The notes: generated by a model from the sequence alone, not told the origin. A stretch of 32,000 nucleotides of DNA from Geotalea uraniireducens Rf4 (GCF_000016745.1 NC_009483.1:3030001-3062000), one strand, 5' to 3'; positions 17,613 to 26,755 are shown, counted from the first letter of the stretch. Numbers and translations: made by a program.

Positions 17613-20018
17613 TTACCGGATCGTCACATTTAATTTTTTCCGTAACGTGTCGATAACCCGTTGGTGGATTGGTGTTACTTCATCATCGCTGAGAGTTTTA
17701 TCCCTGGAACTGTAACGAACCCGTATGGCAATACTCTTCTGGCCGACCGGTATATTTTCACCTTTGTATAAATCAAATATCTCAACGTCCTGAACCTCGG
17801 CAGCTTTTATGCTCTTTGCACAGGCAACAACCGCGTCTGATGGTGTGTCATCATCAATAAGCATTGCAATATCGCGGCATGTGTCAGGGAAGCGTGAAGG
17901 CGGATTCACCGACACAGTATCCATGCTATGGGGAACCATCTTTTCAAAATTGATCTCAAAGTAGTACAGCGGTTTCTCCAACCCATAGTTTTCCTGCACA
18001 GTGGGGTGCAGCTCCCCTAAAGAACCGATGGTTTCGCCGGCACACAGGATTGTACACGCTTTACCGGGATGATAAAAACTTTCTGGGTTTCCCGCTTCAA
18101 AGGAAGCGCCGGAAATGTGCAATTCGACAAAGATATTTTCTATGATCCCCTTAACATCATAGAAGTCCACCTCGGTCTTATCCTGATTCCACCCTTCCAC
18201 GTTGCGAAACCCCGTCAGCAACCCCGCCACATAAAGTGGTTCTTCGGGTAGTTCATCACCATGCTTGGGCAGATAAATCCGCCGCATCTCGAAAATGCGC
18301 TGATTCAACGTCCTGAAACTGGCATTTCTGGCCGCGGTTTCAAGAAGACCGGGAAGGAGTGTGGTACGCATTATTGACTGCTCGTCGGACAGCGGATTGA
18401 GCAGTTTTATGGTGTTGCGCCGGTAGTCGTCCCGGACAAGGATAACTTTATCGTATGCATCGGGAGCGAAGAAACTGTAATTGATGACCTCGGAGAGCCC
18501 CTGACAAACCAGCAGGTCCTTCACACTTTTACCGATTATCTGATGCTTTGAGGGAAGATCCGAAAATATCCTCGCCTGCGGCATCGTGACCGGAATCTTT
18601 TCGAATCCGTTGAGCCTGGCAATTTCTTCAACAAGATCGATCTCCCGTTCCAAATCAACACGGAATGAAGGAACCAGCACCTCGACAATACCCTGCACCG
18701 ATTCCGTTACGTTGAATTCAAGTCGCTGGAACAGGTCGCAGACCTCGTCGGAAGAAAGGGACAAACCGAGCATTTGATTGATCCGCTCAACACGGGCGGT
18801 AAGTTTTCGCGGCAGAACCGGTTGCGGGTAGATGTCGATAATACCTTGAGCCACGCTGCCGCCGGCAAGTTCTGCAATCAGGGAAATGGCGCGGTCGAGA
18901 GCTTTGGGCAGGATATTTACGTCCGCCCCCCGCTCAAAGCGATGGGAAGATTCGGTATGAATCCCCAACCGCTTGGACGTCCGGCGAATGCTTGACGGAT
19001 TGAAATAGGCGCTCTCAAGTAAAATATTCGTCGTATCGTCGCCGATTTCGGAATTCTGCCCCCCCATGATCCCAGCAAGCGCAACCCCCCTTTGTCCGTC
19101 GCGAATGGTGAGATCCGATGACTGGAGTACACGCTCCTGGCCGTCCAAAGTGACGAAGCGTTCCCCGTCTCCTGCCGGACGAACGATGATCTTTCCATCG
19201 GCAAGGTGATTGAAATCAAAGGCATGGAGCGGGTGGCCGTACTCCATCAACACATAATTGGTGACATCGACCACGTTGTTGATGGAGCGGAGTCCGACAG
19301 CCTTGAGTCGATTCACCATCCACTGAGGGGAAGGCCCTATCTTGCATCCTGAAATGTACCGTGCGGTATAGCGCGGACAGAGATCCGGCGCCTCGACGTT
19401 AATGGATGTGACATCCGTTATGGGAGTTGCGCCTTCAACGAGCTCATGACCGGGATAGCTGATTTTTTTACCGAGCTTGGCGGCTATTTCCCTGGCTATG
19501 CCGATGACACTGAGGCAGTCGGCCCGGTTAGGCGTGAGGCCGATTTCAAAGATGGTATCCTTGAGGCCAAGTGCGCTGAACACGGGCATGCCGAGCTGGA
19601 AGTCGGAAGGCAGGATCATGATCCCGGCCGACTCATCGGCAAGCCCAAGCTCTTTTTCTGAGCAAAGCATGCCATACGACTCTTCGCCCCTTATTTTCGA
19701 GCGCTTGATTTTGAACTCGCCCGGCAGCACCGCACCGATCTGCGCCAGGGCAACCTTGTCGCCCGTCTTGAAATTCTGGGCACCGCAGACTATCGTCAGT
19801 ATCTCGGAGCCGTTGTTCACCTTGCACAGCGAAAGCTTGTCGGCATTTGGATGCTGCGCCTTTTCCTCGACCTGTGCAACCACCACATCGTCCATCCCAC
19901 CGCCGACAGTTTCCATCCGTTCGACTTCAAGTCCGAGCATGGTAAGAAGGTCCGAAAGTTCGGCAGCAGGGAGATCACAATCAACAAACTCTTTCAGCCA
20001 GTTATAGGTAACTATCAT
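17613..20018 (-). CDS. pheT: Phenylalanine--tRNA ligase beta subunit
   Basis: 801 aa. MIVTYNWLKEFVD N-terminus, tRNA-binding and B3/4, B5 and FDX-ACB regions recognisable. Follows pheS. Confidence 0.97.
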   Translation of the reverse strand: MIVTYNWLKEFVDCDLPAAELSDLLTMLGLEVERMETVGGGMDDVVVAQVEEKAQHPNADKLSLCKVNNGSEILTIVCGAQNFKTGDKVALAQIGAVLPGEFKIKRSKIRGEESYGMLCSEKELGLADESAGIMILPSDFQLGMPVFSALGLKDTIFEIGLTPNRADCLSVIGIAREIAAKLGKKISYPGHELVEGATPITDVTSINVEAPDLCPRYTARYISGCKIGPSPQWMVNRLKAVGLRSINNVVDVTNYVLMEYGHPLHAFDFNHLADGKIIVRPAGDGERFVTLDGQERVLQSSDLTIRDGQRGVALAGIMGGQNSEIGDDTTNILLESAYFNPSSIRRTSKRLGIHTESSHRFERGADVNILPKALDRAISLIAELAGGSVAQGIIDIYPQPVLPRKLTARVERINQMLGLSLSSDEVCDLFQRLEFNVTESVQGIVEVLVPSFRVDLEREIDLVEEIARLNGFEKIPVTMPQARIFSDLPSKHQIIGKSVKDLLVCQGLSEVINYSFFAPDAYDKVILVRDDYRRNTIKLLNPLSDEQSIMRTTLLPGLLETAARNASFRTLNQRIFEMRRIYLPKHGDELPEEPLYVAGLLTGFRNVEGWNQDKTEVDFYDVKGIIENIFVELHISGASFEAGNPESFYHPGKACTILCAGETIGSLGELHPTVQENYGLEKPLYYFEINFEKMVPHSMDTVSVNPPSRFPDTCRDIAMLIDDDTPSDAVVACAKSIKAAEVQDVEIFDLYKGENIPVGQKSIAIRVRYSSRDKTLSDDEVTPIHQRVIDTLRKKLNVTIR

Positions 20019-20096
20019 AATCTCACACTTTTATATTTAATATGACAAACCAATGCGAATAATAGCGTAACACCGCAGACGACCGTAATGAACCCA

Positions 20097-21113
20097 TCAA
20101 AACTGCTTAAGGAAACGGAGATCATTCTCGAACAACAGGCGCATGTCACTGATGCCGTATTTCAGCATGGCAATCCTTTCGATCCCCATGCCGAATGCGA
20201 AACCGGAATAGATTTCCGAGTCATAATTAACATGGCGGTATACTTCCGGATCGACCATCCCTGCTCCCAGGATCTCCAGCCAGCCCGTGTTCTTGCAGAC
20301 ACGGCACCCCTTCCCCTTGCAGATGACGCAGGCGATATCAACCTCAGCACTCGGCTCGGTAAAGGGAAAGAAGCTGGGGCGCAGCCGCACACCGGTCCCC
20401 TGCCCGAACAACTGGTTGATGAAAATGGTCAGAATACCCTTCAAATCACCGAATGTTACCCCCTTATCGACCATCAGCCCCTCGATCTGGTGGAACATGG
20501 GTGAGTGGGTGGCATCGGAATCACAACGGTACACAGTGCCCGGCGCGATAATGCGCACCGGCGGAGCCTGCTTGAGCATGGTGCGTATCTGGACCGGAGA
20601 GGTATGGGTGCGCAACAGAACGGTGTCGCTGATGAAAAAGGTATCCTGCATGTCGCGGGCAGGATGATCCTTGGGGAAGTTCAATGCCTCGAAATTATAG
20701 AAGTCATGCTCGATTTCAGGCCCCTCGGCCACGAGAAAGCCCAGACCGGCAAAGATGGCGGTAATCTCTTCGATAACGAGGGTAATGGGATGCCTGGTAC
20801 CAATCGGCCGTCTCCGGCCGGGAAGCGTTACATCGACACGTTCCGACCTTAGTTTTTCAGCCTTTATATCCTCACGGATCTTGAGACCGGCAGACTCGAT
20901 CTTTGCTTCCAGCTCACCCTTTACCGTGTTGACAACCTGGCCGATGACCGGCCGTTCCTCGGGAGAAAGTGCGCCCAGACCCTTCATAACAGCGGTCAGC
21001 TCACCTTTTTTCCCGAGATATTTTACCCGCAGCTCCTGCAAACCATCTTCAGTACTAACCTGAGAAAGCTCAGCAACGGCATCCGCAAGAAGTGCTTCCA
21101 GTTTTTCCCTCAT
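20097..21113 (-). CDS. pheS: Phenylalanine--tRNA ligase alpha subunit
   Basis: 338 aa. Class II motifs [33 protein letters not shown] and [18 protein letters not shown]. Confidence 0.97.
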   Translation of the reverse strand: MREKLEALLADAVAELSQVSTEDGLQELRVKYLGKKGELTAVMKGLGALSPEERPVIGQVVNTVKGELEAKIESAGLKIREDIKAEKLRSERVDVTLPGRRRPIGTRHPITLVIEEITAIFAGLGFLVAEGPEIEHDFYNFEALNFPKDHPARDMQDTFFISDTVLLRTHTSPVQIRTMLKQAPPVRIIAPGTVYRCDSDATHSPMFHQIEGLMVDKGVTFGDLKGILTIFINQLFGQGTGVRLRPSFFPFTEPSAEVDIACVICKGKGCRVCKNTGWLEILGAGMVDPEVYRHVNYDSEIYSGFAFGMGIERIAMLKYGISDMRLLFENDLRFLKQF

Positions 21114-21126
21114 GACAAATAACCTT

Positions 21127-21177
21127 CTAATAAAAAAAGAAATGAGACAGCATGTATCCCATTTCTTTTTTATGCAT
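21127..21177 (-). promoter_or_regulatory. 16-codon mini-[19 protein letters not shown] threaded through the rplT-pheS terminator (candidate pheM-like leader)
   Basis: Hand translation of the minus strand: ATG CAT AAA AAA GAA ATG GGA TAC ATG CTG TCT CAT TTC TTT TTT TAT TAG. The three Phe codons lie at 21133-21141. The TAG overlaps the pheS RBS (AGAAGG). No clear SD precedes the first ATG. Confidence 0.3.
21132..21171 (-). terminator. Rho-independent terminator after rplT, ending 18 nt before the pheS ATG
   Basis: Minus strand reads GAAAUGGGA-UACAUGCUG-UCUCAUUUC (9 bp including one GU pair) followed by UUUUUUUAUU. Confidence 0.7.
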
Positions 21178-21188
21178 TAATTAGTTAA

Positions 21189-21542
21189 TTAAATATTCGC
21201 TTTGGCAAGAGAAGCAATCTCTGCAAACCCGCGTGGATCTGAAACGGCAAGATCTGCCATTACTTTCCGGTCAACCTCAACCTTGGCTATCTTCAAACCA
21301 TGGATAAGCTTGCTGTAGGAAAGACCATTGATTCTTGCAGCGGCGTTGATCCTGGCAATCCAGAGAGCGCGAAAATCTCTTTTCTTCACCCTTCTGTCAC
21401 GAAACGCATAGTTCAGTGCACGGTCTACCGCTTCAGTCGCACTCCTGAAAAGTTTGCTCCTGGCGCCCCTGTAGCCCTTGGCCAGTTTTAATACCTTGTT
21501 CCTTCTTTGTCTCGCTTTAAATCCTCTTTTTACGCGTGGCAT
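21189..21542 (-). CDS. rplT: 50S ribosomal protein L20
   Basis: 117 aa. [33 protein letters not shown]. Confidence 0.97.
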   Translation of the reverse strand: MPRVKRGFKARQRRNKVLKLAKGYRGARSKLFRSATEAVDRALNYAFRDRRVKKRDFRALWIARINAAARINGLSYSKLIHGLKIAKVEVDRKVMADLAVSDPRGFAEIASLAKANI

Positions 21543-21617
21543 ACTAACTCCTTTTGTTGTTTATTTGCCGGATCCGCAAGGGGAGACGTTTCCTCACGGT
21601 TCACGGACTTTAAAAAT

Positions 21618-21702
21618 CGGTTGATGGTTGATGGTAACCGGTCGATGGTGAATTAAGAATCTGATGCATTGCTATCGACCACCGACCACCGACCATCGAC
21701 CG
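21618..21702 (-). promoter_or_regulatory. Long imperfect hairpin built from heptad repeats in the rpmI-rplT spacer, followed by AUUUUUA
   Basis: Minus-strand 5' arm CGGTCGATGGTCGGTGGTCGGTGGTCGATAG, 3' arm CACCATCGACCGGTTACCATCAACCATCAACCG. About 31 positions paired, with 5 mismatches and 3 GU pairs. Each arm is 4 tandem 7-mers (ATCGACC/ACCGACC on the plus strand). Confidence 0.5.
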
Positions 21703-21708
21703 CCTTTA

Positions 21709-21906
21709 TTACATATACGGAATAAGCTTGGCGATATTTTTATGGTCTACCGCTGCGACAATAGCACCCTTGCGCAGATTGCGCTTGTTTTTTCTGGTCT
21801 TGGAGGTCAGGATATGACTGGTAAACGCATGATTCCTTTTGATCTTGCCGGTACCGGTTTTTCTGAAGCGCTTGGCAGCGCCCCTATGGGTTTTGATTTT
21901 AGGCAT
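21709..21906 (-). CDS. rpmI: 50S ribosomal protein L35
   Basis: 65 aa. [36 protein letters not shown]. Confidence 0.95.
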
Positions 21907-21932
21907 TGTCTTCTCCTTTTATCGTTATTTTC

Positions 21933-22454
21933 TTATTTGGTTTTTGTTTTAGGGGCAACAATCATAAACATACTGCGCCCTTCCATTTTCTGTTTTACTT
22001 CGATTAGTGCTATGTCCTGCAATTCGGCAGCAAACTTATCAAGGGCACTCTGTCCCAGATCCATGTGGGTAATTTCGCGGCCGCGGAAAACTACCGTCAC
22101 CTTGGCCTTATTTCCCTCTTCCAGGAAACGCCTTACATGCTTTATCTTAAACTGCAAGTCATGCTCATCGGTCTTGGGTCTTAACTTGACCTCTTTCAGC
22201 TGTACCTGCACCTGCTTCTTTTTTGCTTCCTGCTGTTTTTTGCTCTGCTGATATTTAAATTTCCCGTAATCCATGATCCGGCATACCGGCGGCACAGCTG
22301 TAGGTGAAACTTCCACCAGATCCAGCTGTTGACTCTCGGCCAGCGCCAATGCTTCCCTAAGCGGAAGTATGCCGAGTTGCTCGCTTTCAGCCCCGACTAC
22401 GCGGACTTCTTTCGCCCTGATTGCCTGGTTGATGTTAACTGTCGGTTTAGCTAT
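21933..22454 (-). CDS. infC: Translation initiation factor IF-3, non-canonical ATA start
   Basis: The track ORF starts at an internal TTG. The frame stays open upstream to the TGA at 22467-22469. The upstream extension (I)AKPTVNINQAIRAKEVRVVGAESEQLGILPLREALALAE aligns with the IF-3 N-terminus. GGAGGTGG lies upstream of the ATA at 22452-22454. Confidence 0.88.
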   Translation of the reverse strand: MAKPTVNINQAIRAKEVRVVGAESEQLGILPLREALALAESQQLDLVEVSPTAVPPVCRIMDYGKFKYQQSKKQQEAKKKQVQVQLKEVKLRPKTDEHDLQFKIKHVRRFLEEGNKAKVTVVFRGREITHMDLGQSALDKFAAELQDIALIEVKQKMEGRSMFMIVAPKTKTK

Positions 22455-22466
22455 GACGCCACCTCC

Positions 22467-24377
22467 TCAATGAAAACTTTTGACTTCCTTTTCTATAAAC
22501 TCAATAAGTTCAGCCGGCTTCATACTATCAAGATTGTTTCCATCCCGGAATCTGGGAGTTACCATTCCCGATTCAACTTCCTTATCACCAATTATCAGCA
22601 TATAAGGAATCTTCTGCAACTGCGCTTCGCGGATTTTAAAACCGAGCTTTTCATTCCTGAAATCTTGCTGAACGCGTATCCCCGCTGCACGCAAAGCCGT
22701 GTAAATCTCGTTGGCATAGGAAACCTGGTTATCGGTGACAGTTAGGACTATTGCCTGAACCGGGGCGAGCCAAACCGGAAAGCTTCCCGCAAAATGCTCG
22801 ATCAATACACCTATAAACCGCTCAATGGCGCCGAGTATGACCCGGTGCACCATGACCGGCCGCTTTTTCTCGCCGTCTGCGCCTATATATGTAAGATCAA
22901 AGCGCTCCGGCAGGGTAAAATCGCACTGGATTGTAGCACACTGCCACCGTCTGTCAAGGGCATCGCGCAGTTTGATGTCGATTTTCGGCCCATAGAATGC
23001 GCCATCGCCCTCATTAATCTCAAAAGGACGCCCGGAATCCTGCAACGCCCCCAGAAGGGCCTTGGTCGCCCGCTCCCAGTCTTCGTCAGAACCGATGGAC
23101 TTCTCCGGCCGGGTAGAAAGCTCCATTTCATACTCAAAGCCGAAAATCCCCATGACATCCTTGACAAAGGAGAGCACCCCTTTAATCTCGCCGTCAAGCT
23201 GCTCCGGGGTGCAAAGGATATGGGCGTCATCCTGGGTAAAGCCACGCACCCGCAACAGGCCGTGAAGCACGCCTGCCCGCTCGTGGCGATGCACCGTGCC
23301 CAGCTCGAAATAACGGAGCGGCAGATCACGGTAGCTACGCAGCTGCGACTTGTAGATCATCATGTGGGCAAGACAGTTCATCGGCTTGATGCCGTACCCC
23401 TGCTCATCCACTTCGGTGAAGTACATGTTTTCCCGATAATTGTCGTAGTGCCCGGAGCGCTGCCACAACTCGGTCTTCAATATCTGCGGCCCGACAACTA
23501 TATCGTATCCGCGACGGAAATGCTCCTTGCGCTCGAAGTCTTCCAGGATGGTACGCAGCATCGCACCCTTGGGGTGCCAGATGACCAAGCCGGCTCCGAC
23601 CTCGTCGGAGAAGGAGAACAGGTCGAGCTCCTTGCCGAGCTTTCGATGGTCACGTCGCTTCGCCTCTTCCAGTCGCGCCAGATAGGCATCAAGCTCCTTC
23701 TTGTCGGCAAATGCCGTACCATAGACCCGCTGCAGCATCTTGCGCTTTTCATCGCCCCGCCAGTAAGCGCCGGCGATGGAGGTAAGCTTGAAGGCCTTGA
23801 TATGAGAAGTGGAAGGTAGATGCGGGCCGCGGCAGAGGTCAACGAAATCCCCCTGGCGGTACAGGGAAACCGTATCAGCACTCAGGTCTTCGATGAGCTC
23901 AACTTTGTAGATCTCCCCCATATCCCTGAACAGCTTGATGGCATCCGCACCGGTAAGGACCTGACGCTCTATCTTGAGATTGGCCTTGGCCAATTCGGAC
24001 ATTTTCTTTTCGATCTTTTCCAGGTCTTCCGGCGTGAAGGGGTGATCAACGTCAAAATCATAATAAAAACCGGTTTCAATGGCCGGACCGATGGTAACCT
24101 TTGCCTCGGGAAAGAGGCTTTTGACCGCCTGGGCCATGAGATGGGAGGTGGAATGCCTGATGATCTCAAGCGCCTCCGCACTTTTCTCGGTGATTATCTC
24201 CACCTTGGCGCCGTCAGGCAGGACCGTCGCAAGGTCCACCAGGTCGCCGTTTATCTTGCCGGCGATAGCAGCCTTGGCAAGACCGGCACCAATCGAGGCA
24301 GCCAGGTCATAGACCGTAGCTCCCTCTTGCAGCGTCCTTTCAGTTCCATCAGGCAGCGTTACCTTGGTATCACTCAT
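22467..24377 (-). CDS. thrS: Threonine--tRNA ligase
   Basis: TGS domain N-terminus [16 protein letters not shown]. Editing-domain motif [10 protein letters not shown]. Class II core [10 protein letters not shown]...FYGPKID. I prefer the ATG at 24377 after AAGGGG; the track starts at 24404, inside a hairpin. Confidence 0.97.
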   Translation of the reverse strand: MSDTKVTLPDGTERTLQEGATVYDLAASIGAGLAKAAIAGKINGDLVDLATVLPDGAKVEIITEKSAEALEIIRHSTSHLMAQAVKSLFPEAKVTIGPAIETGFYYDFDVDHPFTPEDLEKIEKKMSELAKANLKIERQVLTGADAIKLFRDMGEIYKVELIEDLSADTVSLYRQGDFVDLCRGPHLPSTSHIKAFKLTSIAGAYWRGDEKRKMLQRVYGTAFADKKELDAYLARLEEAKRRDHRKLGKELDLFSFSDEVGAGLVIWHPKGAMLRTILEDFERKEHFRRGYDIVVGPQILKTELWQRSGHYDNYRENMYFTEVDEQGYGIKPMNCLAHMMIYKSQLRSYRDLPLRYFELGTVHRHERAGVLHGLLRVRGFTQDDAHILCTPEQLDGEIKGVLSFVKDVMGIFGFEYEMELSTRPEKSIGSDEDWERATKALLGALQDSGRPFEINEGDGAFYGPKIDIKLRDALDRRWQCATIQCDFTLPERFDLTYIGADGEKKRPVMVHRVILGAIERFIGVLIEHFAGSFPVWLAPVQAIVLTVTDNQVSYANEIYTALRAAGIRVQQDFRNEKLGFKIREAQLQKIPYMLIIGDKEVESGMVTPRFRDGNNLDSMKPAELIEFIEKEVKSFH

Positions 24378-24390
24378 AAATGGCCCCTTA

Positions 24391-24420
24391 ACAGAAAGAG
24401 GCATCGAACCTCGATGCCCC
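24391..24420 (-). terminator. Hairpin with a short U-rich tail between the tRNA fragment and thrS
   Basis: Minus strand reads GGCAUCGA-GGU-UCGAUGCC (8 bp) followed by UCUUUCUGUU. Probably the terminator of the former tRNA gene. Confidence 0.4.
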
Positions 24421-24453
24421 TGCTGAACCCCTTAACCGTGGCAGGTTTTTAAT

Positions 24454-24498
24454 GGTAGGCGCGGGCGGTTTCGAACCGCCGACCCCTTGCGTGTCGAG
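24454..24498 (-). pseudogene. Truncated tRNA gene: 3' portion only (anticodon onward; Val(GAC)-like), CCA encoded
   Basis: Minus strand reads ..GACAC-GCAAG-GGGTC-GGCGG-TTCGAAA-CCGCC-CGCGCCT-A-CCA. The T arm and 3' acceptor strand are intact. The sequence 5' of the anticodon loop (TTATC...) cannot pair with GCAAG, no AGGCGCG acceptor partner is found in the following ~200 nt, and the neighbouring DNA is AT-rich. GGGGTCGGCGGTTCGA resembles tRNA-Val as I recall it. Confidence 0.6.
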
Positions 24499-24650
24499 AT
24501 AAAATATAATTCTAACTAATTGTTTTCACAATGTTACATAGTATTGCATCTCAACCGCACCAAAATCACACTTTCTATAGATATTCTAACAAGTTATCAG
24601 TATTTTCTGTTTCACTACGTAGCAGGGTATTGCATACTGTACTTTTTTAA

Positions 24651-24674
24651 AAAGGTTACTGAAAAGGTTACTGA
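24651..24674. repeat. Perfect tandem 12-mer AAAAGGTTACTG x2
   Basis: 24651-24662 and 24663-24674 are identical. Located between the tRNA fragment and the integrase remnant. Confidence 0.7.
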
Positions 24675-24707
24675 GCTACTGAAGTCAGATGGAAGAATCT
24701 ACCATAA

Positions 24708-24845
24708 TGAAACGCGACTTAATAAAATTTGAAAAAGAGTATTTATCATCTATTCAACCAGGAGTCAAGACAATTCAGATAAGGGAGTCAAAAGGGGAAG
24801 GTTTGCGTTCCGTGTTGTGCCAAGGTGGACGAAAACTTTGCTAGC
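24708..24845 (+). pseudogene. Remnant of a tyrosine-integrase N-terminus (DUF4102/arm-binding-like), 45 codons then stop
   Basis: Hand translation: MKRDLIKFEKEYLSSIQPGVKTIQIRESKGEGLRSVLCQGGRKLC*. The pattern ...I.PG.K...IR......GL...L...GRK resembles the start of P4-type integrases. It ends exactly where the GC-rich block begins and lies next to a tRNA fragment. Confidence 0.4.
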
Positions 24846-25647
24846 GCCCCTGCCAGAAGTCGGGATAGAGCAGCGATACGCTAAACAGGATTCCGTATTT
24901 CGGCGCCGGCCCGTCGTGCGTAATGTTCCAGAACGGCTCGACGAAACAGCTCACGTTTTGTCGACCGATCCTGAAGACAAGTCCCGCTCCGAGATCCAGT
25001 GGCAGCTGCTTGTTGCCGTTCTTCCAGTTGAAGAGCATCTGGGGCTGGGATCTGACAAACCAGCCATTGCCCAGCTGATAGGTTACGAAGGGTTGGAGTA
25101 CCATGGCATTCACTTCTTTCCGTCCACTGTCGCCGGCAAACGAAATCGGATTCTGGACGAGCACGCCCGCCAGCCACCTCCCGGGGTAAAACGCCACCAC
25201 TGCGGCCGGTCCCGCCTGCCACTTTCCCTGACCGGTCTCGCGACTGCTCGCCGTCGGAAACACAAAGGTCGGCCCGACACCCCAGACGGCGCTGTCTCCC
25301 GCCTGAAAGACCGCGACGTCGACTAACCGCAGGTCGCCGAACCCGGTCAAGCCACCGGGCAATGTGATTGCTGCGGGAATTGTCAGGAGCGAAAGCTGAG
25401 GCAGAGGGAGCAGACGGTATTTGGGAAACGGCATGGTCATAGCGAGGGTAACAGCGTTGCCCTGCCCGTCCAGCCCCGTGAATTGAGGCTGATATGTATC
25501 CTGGAGCCGGAACTGTAGAATGGACGATATGGGCGCGTTGGCCTGCTTGACCAGGTCCAGCTTCGCCTGGGCGCCCGGAAGACCGTCGTCGGCCCGCGCT
25601 CCGCCCGAACAGATCAGAGCGCCGATCAGAGCGCCAAATATCAACAT
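24841..25647 (-). CDS. Secreted protein, probable outer-membrane beta-barrel (MetA-pathway/'transporter' family-like)
   Basis: 268 aa. Signal peptide MLIFGALIGALICSGGARA. Alternating beta-strand-like sequence with GFGDLRL, WGVGPTFVFPT and LVFRIG. The family assignment is from memory and weak. The overlapping 24881-25669 frame was rejected. Confidence 0.55.
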   Translation of the reverse strand: MLIFGALIGALICSGGARADDGLPGAQAKLDLVKQANAPISSILQFRLQDTYQPQFTGLDGQGNAVTLAMTMPFPKYRLLPLPQLSLLTIPAAITLPGGLTGFGDLRLVDVAVFQAGDSAVWGVGPTFVFPTASSRETGQGKWQAGPAAVVAFYPGRWLAGVLVQNPISFAGDSGRKEVNAMVLQPFVTYQLGNGWFVRSQPQMLFNWKNGNKQLPLDLGAGLVFRIGRQNVSCFVEPFWNITHDGPAPKYGILFSVSLLYPDFWQGR

Positions 25648-25681
25648 TATCAGTGAAAGGGCACCACACGTTGGAATGGCT

Positions 25682-26755
25682 CTAACCTCCCGCGGAAATC
25701 GTCACGATCGGCACGCCTTCCTTGCCGCCGGTCTCGGTGAGTGTCATCACGAACATGAGGAACGAGAAGAGTTTTTTCGACTGGTAATCCCGGTCGTCGA
25801 TCCAGAACCAGCGGTTCCGGTACGACACGGCAGCAAAGTCGTCCCCGGATCTCTCCCTGGAGCAGAGGATGCGTATCAGCGGCCCCTTGATCCCCTCGCC
25901 TTCGGGCTCCATGGTCGGGGGCACCCGCTTCTCGGCCACGTGCTCGGCAGGCACTTCGACAGTCGATGAAATGTCGGAGAGGATCTCTGTGATCGACCGA
26001 GTCAGGAGGGCGATCTCTTCGTCACTGCTCGACGCCGACCCGTAGACGATCCTGAATTCTCCCCCCTCCTCCTTCAAGCCGAGCATCCGACGCACCTCTC
26101 TCGATTCCTTTTCCATCTCCGGGTCCACCCGTTTGCGAAAGAACATGACCAGGGCTCCACGTTCCTCCCCCTTCTTCACCCGCAGGGCGACGTCCCCTGA
26201 CGACTGGATGCGGCGGAGCTTCTCCAGGATAACGTAAAATTCCGGGTCGGCCTTCCGCATCCGGGCAGAGCCTCCGAACTGGTTCTGTATGCCGTTGACG
26301 GAGTGGACGAGAATCCGGAAGACGAGGTCCAAGGGGTACCCCCCTTCGATCAGGCTCATGACCGTCGCAGGGGCAACTGGGGTCATGAGGATGCGGGCGA
26401 ATTTCTCACCGGTCAATGGGGTGTAGGTGATAGTAGGGCGGTCAACGAAATTGCCGTCTACACCGAATCTCTGGTTGTTGCCGCTCGGCGGGAAGGACCA
26501 GCCGAACGAGGCGTTCAGGTCGGTCGTCAACTGGTACTGGTTGATGATGGAAGCCACGTCGAGGAAGATCGGGGCGTCGCCGTAGCGTATCTTGACGATA
26601 TTGAGGAGCATCGACCGCTTCCACGACTCGGCGACCGCGGTGGTGTAATCGAAGCGGTCGCGTGCGACCGTCCCCGGACCGATTCCCATACAACCGGTGA
26701 GCAGCGCGACCACTATGACCATGCAGAGAGTCAACGCAGCATATTTCCGTCTCAT
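25682..26755 (-). CDS. Lipoprotein of unknown function
   Basis: 357 aa. Lipobox LTGC in VVALLTGCMG. Good RBS (GGGAGGG). No family recognised; C-terminal WFWIDDRDYQSKKLFSFLMFVMTL. Confidence 0.75.
   Translation of the reverse strand: MRRKYAALTLCMVIVVALLTGCMGIGPGTVARDRFDYTTAVAESWKRSMLLNIVKIRYGDAPIFLDVASIINQYQLTTDLNASFGWSFPPSGNNQRFGVDGNFVDRPTITYTPLTGEKFARILMTPVAPATVMSLIEGGYPLDLVFRILVHSVNGIQNQFGGSARMRKADPEFYVILEKLRRIQSSGDVALRVKKGEERGALVMFFRKRVDPEMEKESREVRRMLGLKEEGGEFRIVYGSASSSDEEIALLTRSITEILSDISSTVEVPAEHVAEKRVPPTMEPEGEGIKGPLIRILCSRERSGDDFAAVSYRNRWFWIDDRDYQSKKLFSFLMFVMTLTETGGKEGVPIVTISAGG

Noticed and set aside
24400-24418. thrS translational operator mimicking the tRNA-Thr anticodon arm (as in E. 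coli)
   Set aside because: The loop is only 3 nt and has no anticodon-like sequence. It fits better as the terminator of the former tRNA gene.
22794-24452. Plus-strand ORFs 22794-23819 (341 aa) and 23820-24452 (210 aa)
   Set aside because: They are antisense to thrS, which is unambiguous.
24669-24690. Possible missing 5' half of the truncated tRNA (GTAGCTCAG on the minus strand)
   Set aside because: Only the 9-nt D-arm-like core matches. There is no AGGCGCG acceptor strand to pair with the surviving 3' end.
24881-25669. Alternative minus-strand frame (262 aa) overlapping the barrel-like gene
   Set aside because: The translation is Arg/Gly/Ser-rich nonsense. The 24841-25647 frame has a signal peptide and beta-strand-like sequence.
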